Shown one piece after another: positions 40,501 to 49,500 of a stretch of 64,000 nucleotides of DNA. The notes under the pieces were generated by a model that was not told where the DNA came from, did no database searches, and saw only the letters and a list, made by a program, of their open reading frames with translations. Where the stretch lies: assembly GCA_040954595.2 (NCBI GenBank), contig CM082583.2:11359656-11423655 (forward strand), written 5' to 3'. Both the position numbers and the translations under genes were made by a program. The DNA comes from Balanoglossus misakiensis. Taxonomy: Eukaryota > Animalia > Hemichordata. Positions within the stretch are counted from its first letter, which is position 1. Every line of letters starts with the position of its first letter.

Positions 40501-43500
40501 CTAACCCTAATACAATGTAGTATATAAGTTTTCAATTCTATAATTGTTATGTAGGTTTTCATCGATTAACTTAACTATCAGAGAATAACAATTATCACAT
40601 TCATGATAATGATAATAATGCAGTAATTCCAGAAATGCTCATCCCCCCTCCCCCTCAAAAACATCCTCCGAAAAGTGCTTGTGTCAAACTAACATTTTCA
40701 TAATGAGTCTATAGTGCAAGGGTAAAACAAAACAGAGTCATTGGATACATCAATGTGGATTGCAAATCTGGAAAAAGCGTTTATATTTTTTTTGCATGTA
40801 TTATCTTTTCTTTTATTTCAAGGAATTGCTTTACAACCAATCTTTGCAAATAGTTGATATCCGAGTTTGTCTTTCACATATTTAGTTAACACGATATTTG
40901 GGATTTGTATGGAGAACAATATATGTTCTAGGTAATTGCATTGTGGGTAACTGGGTCAGGGGTCGCCATGTTGCTAGGTTCAGTCAATTATTGCGTCTGA
41001 CTGAACATTATGGGATAGTTGCTGTCGATTTAGTACTGTCAGTTTACTTTAAAGAGGCTCTATAATAAATTTTGTTAATGTAGGAATTAAATGTCACACA
41101 AATTACCATTTTGGGGTTCTTATGTACTATAGACAGCTCCAAACCCTTTCTATCCTTGGACATTCATATAATATTGAATCTTTTTTTTTTTTTTGGGGGG
41201 GGGGGGGGTCACAATAAATGTTGATGAATGTTACATGTATGTATTTGTTTTGTATCTGTGTTCATTTTATCGGTGTAACTGTCTGTTCTCATTTTGTGTT
41301 TCGTACAGGATATGTTCCTTTCATATGTTACCTGTGGTTTGTTGTTCCTCTTGGTGGTGGTGGCACAATGTACACTTGGAATATCACCGTCTGTTTTCAC
41401 CCGCTCACTGATAAAACAATTCAACATTCACTCTCGCATTGTAGTTAAACATATACTCAGAACGTATTACACCCCCGCAGTCGCACATTTGGTTCGACCA
41501 ATATTTTCAGTCAGTGGCGCACTGACTGTCAGAATAATTAAAAGCAAAACCACGTACGTTTGTCATGTAGTCAGCCAACGCAGTATGTACCGCTTTTGAT
41601 GTAGGCTATTGTGACGTCCACTCTGTTGCCGCCAGTTGTAGATTATTAGCGTGTAAAAGCAGTGTCCTTGTCTTGTCTCTGATCATAGTAGATGGCTTAG
41701 CTACTATGCCTCTGCCATGCCAAGTTCTGTACGTGTCTCTCTCTCTCTTCTGAGAACTTTTTTTTCTAATTTACACTCTGCATTGCAATTTTGCTTGCTT
41801 GCAAAGAAAGATCTCGTCTGATATTTTCTCGTGATGCTTGAATTAGACTATCAAACATTATGATTCACCCAGCGAGAAACCAGAGATCAAGCAGTTTTCA
41901 CACATAAAATTTTTTGTGTCAAGGTCCACCAAGGGGCAATAAATTGATCATCATGATACTCTAGAGTGCCACGTTAGTTCATGCGAGCTGACCACCCACC
42001 AGTAATTAAAACTCTCCATAGCATTTGCAGTATATATCTATTGTATGTAAGCAACGACAGAAACAAAAATTTCACCAATAAAGTTCACATCTTAACATTC
42101 ACTAAATAATGTTCACCAGTCAAATAACCCGAGTAACAACAACTCCTGTGTACAAATTGACTTCTAGGCGATGGCATTGGCATCGGGCTGCGGTCAAATT
42201 GGGGGTGAGGTTAGTGTGGTTCTTGCCACTACTCATCCATCAAACAAATTTTGTAGCGTACATGTAGAGGCATATCATTTCATTTTTATTTCTTCATGCA
42301 TCGTAATTTTAGCTTATTTAAAATGAAAAATATCAGAGCAGGGCAGGGCACTTCCATGGTGGCTTTAGGCGATGAGAGGCAGATGATTGGGAGTGTGTAA
42401 CACGTACAACACCACACCAGGAAGCCATCCCAGGCTGTAGAGACTTTTTTTCAAAATCAAAATGATGAACACATTGAACTAGCTTTTTGCATTAAGTGAT
42501 ATCCGGACTATTTTAAAATGCAGTTTCATTCAAATTCATAGTTTTCTTTTGATTTATGACTGTGTTTTCTGATTTCAACCCAAATTTAACTGTGGTGTTG
42601 TGTGTTGTTATATACTGAGTGATCCGATCTGAATGTTTGGTGACCCGATTCGACGCGGCTGATGTGGCATTCAATTCTGGATTGTGTGGGAGGGTTGCCA
42701 TGCATGCTGTTCAACCTGGCAGTGGATTTTCATTGGTCCGTGCGAGTGTGGGGTGTCATGTGATGGTGGTACGAATCAACCGCTTCCATTCAGAATGACA
42801 CATTTTAATATTCAAATTCATTCATGGGTCGACATGGGTGATCAGGTAGTAGCCTAGAACATGGTGATAGTCGTAGCTGTATGAATGGGAAGGAAAATGT
42901 GATATTTTGCTGCTATGACAAACAATTGTAGCACAAGCAGAGACAGTTGTCTCAGGTCAGTCTATTTTTGCAAGAAAATTTGTCGAAATGTACTGACCAT
43001 GCCAAAGCTGCTCTCATATGTATTTTATTGTAAAATTGTTGTAAAAGCCACCTGGGAAGTGTTAAAACCTGTCAGTGATAGTTTGCAGAATATTTACTTT
43101 CTGGAGTATTCTACTTACCCATTTTAATTTATTAATTGTTTTTTAAAAGCTTTTATTGTCTGGAAGGTTAAAAAACAAACAAAATAAATTGGCAAAATTA
43201 CCATAAATATACACCCAGGATAAACATAGGTTGTTTCCTAATTCCAGTCCCAAGTCAGACATGGACTGCTTTGCTCAGTTTGTAACAAAATATGATTTAT
43301 TCAAAAGGGGGTTATACTCCAATCACCTACAAGACAAAAAAAGCTTTTAAAAGACTACAATTTCTTAAGCTATATTGTTCTATGTGTCTTCTATTATATA
43401 TTCTGCATGAGTCTTTGATAGAGCAGCTTCGGTATTTCCTCCGCACTTGCACAAGGCAGAGCTCCCCCTGCCCCCCTGCCCCTCCCCCCTTGGCAAGAGA

Positions 43501-46500
43501 AATCAAATAGCCCCAATAAAACCAATTCTTACATAAAATATCGCTCTCCGTAGAATTAGTGTCCAATAACAGAACATTTTCTAAGTAGTGCAAGTAGTTT
43601 GAATGAGGATAGTCACCTTTCGAGGAGTCTTTAATCTGGAAGGTTGACTTTCTTGAAGTTTTTTCGGTCTTGGAGTAATCATATACCGGTAGTTATTTAT
43701 TCTCTCGTAATACTAAAGGAAATGGAATAATGGTTGAATAAAACCCTGGTTAATTTATTTACTCCACTAATATAACAGTAATTTGGTAACATTAGACATA
43801 TTCCTTTCCAGATGTAACTGTTAAAATTTATAATATATTGCACTTTTATATCAGAATAACTATTAACCTAGACATCCCAGGGTTAACTTTTTATGTACTT
43901 TATGTGTTACTGTTTAATTAGTTGCTATTTCTACCGATCCCTCAGTCTCCCCCCTCTCATCTTTTGGTGTGACCCGCCATATCGCCATGGCGAGCCATGT
44001 CATAGCGATGACTGGAAATGGGGTGAAAGGTTATCTGCTAATAGTTGGTGTAACAAAACAACCTGTCCTTTTCCTCTCTCATTTACATGTAGCTTTTTGT
44101 TTTCATCGTTTGGTTTCTCATTTTGTCCGACCGTCTTGCGTTACTTTCCTATTATCGTCTTCGTTCCGTGTTTACCTCCCAATCGAAAAAAAGACATTAT
44201 GATTTCGCATACGATTTTTTTTCTTTCTTTCTTTTTCCAAAAAAAAAAGAAGATTCACTATCATTTTTCATTGGTTTCGTTTTCTCCTTTCTAGTCGGCA
44301 AAGACGAGAACTCTTTCATGCCCTTCACAGACAGCCTTCCAGTAGTTCCTGTGGCAGGTGATCTCTCTTCTCCCTGTTATGCCCGCCGGAATCTGGAACA
44401 AACGAATAATTAAAAAAAAAATGGGTTCTCATTCACCATTCTCAGCGGCAGCCTCCTCTACTCCTTGCTCACAATTGATGATGTCAGACACATTACATTC
44501 AAAACTAAAACGTTCAAGTTCCTGCTGGCGTGAAAGAAATTCAGATTATTTCATGTGGAGACTTCTTGGTGCTTATCTGTGGTAGATGCTTGGAAAACAT
44601 AGGAATTTATTCAGTGTTTTATAGTCTGTGTATTGTACGTCGAGCATGGAAACAGCACATAGAGAATTTTTTTAATGTTTCCCTAAACGATAAATGTTTT
44701 CTGGGCAAAAAAAAAAAATAATCTAGCACATGTGCTGCTGTGGGTAATGTTATGGTGTGTGCAACTACCAAACAGATGATCAAGAAAATCACTCTGACAT
44801 GAAGAAAGTATGAAAAAATTTGACATTATCAGTTGATATTTTGGCTGTGTCAATTTTGAGACAAGAAAGTTATGGAGAAGAACCATTGAATGGATATGAG
44901 AAGCCGTCGACGTGTATTTGCACTCTGGACCCCCCTCCTCCACCCTGTTTGAATCACTGCATGTCATGCATCGTGTACTTAGCATGCTTGCCTTTCCCCC
45001 AAATTCCGGGCATGTCTGTACCCTCCCAGGGCCCGTCCGTCACCCCTATTCCCTCCTTTCCTCTCCTACTGGTTAAAATGATGATTTATTTTTTGCAAAG
45101 AAACCATATCTGATCTTTTTGTCCCTTTTGGCACTGTCTCTCCACAGCCAGCCAATCAGCGAAGAGAATGAAGGCGACCTTCCATTTTGCAATTCACAGA
45201 GCAAGTAAGTGAAAGTGCATGCAAAATATCTCAAGTGATTCTTGAAAAGGTTGACAGATACATGTATCTTGTAGTAAATCTTATGCAAATGTTGTTGCCA
45301 AGTTTTGGATTGTCTTGATACCAGAGGCTTAAACAACAGTGTTGCTACTTTTTTCAGCATCTCAGAGACGATGTCTGCTTCCATGGAATCGCTTGAAGAG
45401 ACAGATGGTGTTGATTTTGATGATGATCCCGATCTCATGATCAAAGGACCTGAACCAGAATCATGGAGTGTGACAGTCGATAAAAAGGTATAAGTCGGCT
45501 ACCGGTACTTTTTTTCACTCCCCAAAATGTTGATTCAGAAATAGCCCACATTCCTGTAGAGTATTCAGCATCAGCTTTCCGGGATAGACAGTTCAGAATA
45601 ATAGCTTCACATGTTGAAAGGAAAGAAATAAAATGTGACGTGTATTTCATGTGATCATCAAAGATAATTCATTTTTGCTCCTCCACAGACGTTAAAAAAG
45701 ATGAGCCACAAAGATATCAAGAGACAAGATGTCATCTACGGTAAGTTGTGTACAAATCAATTTGGAGGGACAAAGTTATAACGTCAGAGGCTGCTTGTCA
45801 AAGTTTATATCATTCAGTAAACTTCATGCCATATTTATTTGTTTGTTCTTTCGTGCACAGAATTAATTCAAACAGAGAAGCATCATGTCAGAACACTGAA
45901 AATAATGCAGAGGGTAAGTGGTGTTTATTTTGATGTATAATGAATATTGTGGGGGCATGGTTGCTCACTCTTTTCTTACATTTACATGTGGGGAGAAGCT
46001 GCTCACTCTTTTCGATACTGTGTGCTGAGGAATCTAGATGAGGTGGCATTTGAAAACTGATTGTGTTGTTTGCTTTGGATTTCAGATATTTTGGGAGGGG
46101 ATGCAACATGAGCTGCACATGGATCAGAGCATCATCGATAAAATGTTTCCCATGTTGGGAGAAATCATGGAGATCAGCACGGCTTTCTTGGACAAATTAC
46201 GAGCCAGGCAGCAAGAGAACAAAGCAGTCGAAAAGATTGGAGACATTCTTGTCAATCAGGTGGGTTTGATGAAGTTGAGTCTAACCATTGGGTTGTGTTG
46301 TGTATCGTTCCGTTTTGTTCAGTTCCGTTGGACTCTTCATCAAACCTTTGCTCATGTCGCCTAACAGTTTTCTGACAAGAATGGATCCGGAGAAAGGATG
46401 AAACTTGCGTACGGCATATTTTGCGCCCACCAGCGAGAGGCAGTGTCCATTTACAAAGAGTTGCTGAAATCCGACAGAAAGTTCCAGTCATTCATAAAGG

Positions 46501-49500
46501 TATGTTCTTGGTCACACACCTGAGCTAATTTGTGTTGTAGTAGAGTTGACATTTTCATTGCCCTCTGACATTTTCATCAACATTTGCTTAATTGTGTCAA
46601 GTAGATAGCTGGAACCCTAAGTGCTTATATCTGTCTGCTTCCTGAATCTCTGATTAAGTTGACAAAGCCTGATTGTTAATGGATCTGAGGCAGTGTTCGC
46701 AAGGAACTAAACTGTAGATCTTTCATTGTAAATTCAATCATGTTTATTTTTGGTTCTGCAGAAATGTAGTCAGAACGCACTTTGCCGGAGATGGTCGATC
46801 CCAGAATGCATCTTGGCTGTGACACACAGGTTGACCAAGTATCCATTGTTGATAGAGGCAGTCATCAAGGTTACCAAAGGTTGGTTTGTGTAGCAATATG
46901 CTCTTGTGTAGTGTAGTGTACTGTACTGTACTGTACTGTACTGTACTGTACTGTACTGTACTGTACTGTACTGTACTGTACTGTACTGTACTGTACTGTA
47001 CTGTACTGTACTGTACTGTACTGTTCGTCAAGTATGAAACTGCTGTGTCAATAGTTTGCCTTCCACTTGATATAAAACTTGAACTTTTGGTGTTTCTTTT
47101 TTATAGCTTCTAAACCCGACTATCAGCAACTACACCAAGCAAATACACTTGTCAAGGTAAGTTTGTACTTCCTTGTGTCCAAAGTTAATTTAATACTGGA
47201 TCAAAAATGTCGATGAATTCTGAATTTGTCTCTGTAACAAAATTGACTCAGTGTTCATGATGTCTCTGACTTCCTTTTTTTTACAGAATATCTTGAACAG
47301 TGTTGATGCACAAGTTCAGGATTATGAACGAGAACAACGACGGTTAGCCATTTACAATAAGATAGACGCCAGGTCATCGGTGACACTCAGAAGTGGCAAA
47401 AAATTCAAGGTAGGTGGACAGGAGTGTCTTTTCCTACATGTAGTTGTACTGCCAGTTACACTGCTGGAATGTAAGAATTCCAATTTATGAAAATGTGAAG
47501 GCTTCTGACAAGAACATAGCATCTCACGAAGACGCTTCTGAGTCTATATAATTATCCATTTTGTGTTTGACAGAAATCGGATCTCCTTGCCAATAATCGT
47601 AAGTTGCTTCATGAAGGGGAAGTGCAGTGGCGGTCAGCTCGCGGAAAGCACACGGAAGTTCAGGCGGTTTTACTTACAGATGTACTTACATTTTTACAAG
47701 ACAATAACCAGAAATATACTTTTCTAAATCTGGATCAGAAGGTGAGTTCAGAGTTCTTAGTCTCAGCCATAACCATTTCTTAAATTGTATGCATGTGGAC
47801 GTTACTTGAATACTCTTACTTTCCCTGGCACGGAAATAGATAATGTTATGCGGGCTTCACAAAATCTTTTCTTCTTCTCAGGTTGCAGTTGTACCACTTC
47901 AGAAGCTGATGGTGCGAAATGTGGCCACAGACAAACAAAGCATTTACCTAATCAGCCCGCACAAAGCAGGGCCTGAGATGTATGAAATCATGTGTAATTC
48001 CACAGACGAGCGGGATCACTGGAGAGCTCGTATCGAGGAAGCTGTCAAAAACTGCCCAGATGAAGGTATGTGGCAGCAAATGGAAAGGGGAGGGGGGTCC
48101 CAAGGTTGAAGTTGCGTGTGACTATGCTATAGTCTCATTTGTATTGAGACCAGTGGAGAATCGTGTGGGCCAATTAACATCAAGCACGTGTTGGATCTCA
48201 GCTGGGTGACATCTTTCAAGTCTTTACACTCTGACAATTTTGTCCTGTTGTCTGAGCTGTCCCTCTCAAAAGCCAAAGATAACACTTTCCTGTTTTTTCC
48301 ACTTTTAGATGAAGGGGTTGTGGAAGAGGAGAATGTAGTCGATGAAGAGCGTAAACAAGGTGAAGCCAGAGCTGCCAAAGTGACTGCCTTGCTTGGTGAG
48401 TAGATCCCTCTTTTTTTGATCATCAGTCACACATGTCAGAGAACTAGAATATTCTTGATTTACATGGCATCTTCTGCAAACTCTGTGTACAGATCAAATG
48501 CAAGAGAAGGACACAGACCTCAACAACACGTTGTCGGAGAAATGGAAACTTTTGGTTGAGGTGACGGAATTGATTGGGAAGGCCAAGGCATCCGGGATTA
48601 CAAAGCTCAGTTACAAGGTGGAGAGTGCCGGATCTGAAAGCCCAAATACAAGGGAAATATTACTGGCAGCAATACAGGAAGGTAAGATCAATGTTATTGA
48701 TCTAAAACCACATTTTTGACAACTTTGCATGAAAGAGAAACACTGATGTAAGTCTTCTTGTATAGCTTTTATTACATCTTCATTATGCTTATTTTTGCCT
48801 TGACAGCTTCAAAGCTAACATCAGCAGTCTACGGCGCAGGAGGATTGAGCAGAAGCGCCACCAGTGTTGGTGAAAGTGAAAGTGGCACCTATCAGTCACC
48901 CTCCTTGCCAAAGCGAGCCGAGACTTTTGGTGGATTTGACAGCAGTGCCAAAGACCAGTCAATTTTGCCAAAAGGTAAAACCAGTCACCATCAGCAGGAA
49001 GTTATACATGAATGCACAGAGATGCCAATAATCCAACAGTCTGTCACAGGTCAGAGGTCAATGCTACCAACAAGAACCAACTCATTCCCCATTTCACACA
49101 GTAAACAAAAATGTTATTTGTCTGACTATTTAGCTGGAGCACTGAAGAAGCGCTTGGTTACACCACATATCGACTCCGAAACCCGGAGTAGCAGCTCTCC
49201 GAATCTGACAAAGGGCGAAAACATCGGCATTCCAGAACTCAACGAGCACAGCAACAGGCGAGGCAGCGCAACTCGTAGTTTGAGTGACGCCGACAAAAAG
49301 GAAGCTGCAAGGGTACGTGCATGTGTTCTGAAATCTAGAGTTTTGTTTTCCTCCTTGAAGTGCTCAACGTTACAAGACATACTGATGGTTTCTCCTGCAC
49401 ATTGGCATGTGATTAATATCTTGTGGTCTCTCAGAGTTGAACAAATTATTCTATGTAACTCCATAACTCTGTAGACTTTTCTAGTTGGGTGACTTACAAA

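Noticed and set aside
41137-41465. Long AG-poor tract with acceptor-like tacag at 41308
   Set aside because: No convincing in-frame donor downstream, and the next acceptor (41443) leads directly into a stop.
46744-47113. ORFs with STVQY / YCTVL repeats
   Set aside because: Translations of the intronic (CTGTA)n microsatellite; not CRISPR (no spacers) and not coding.
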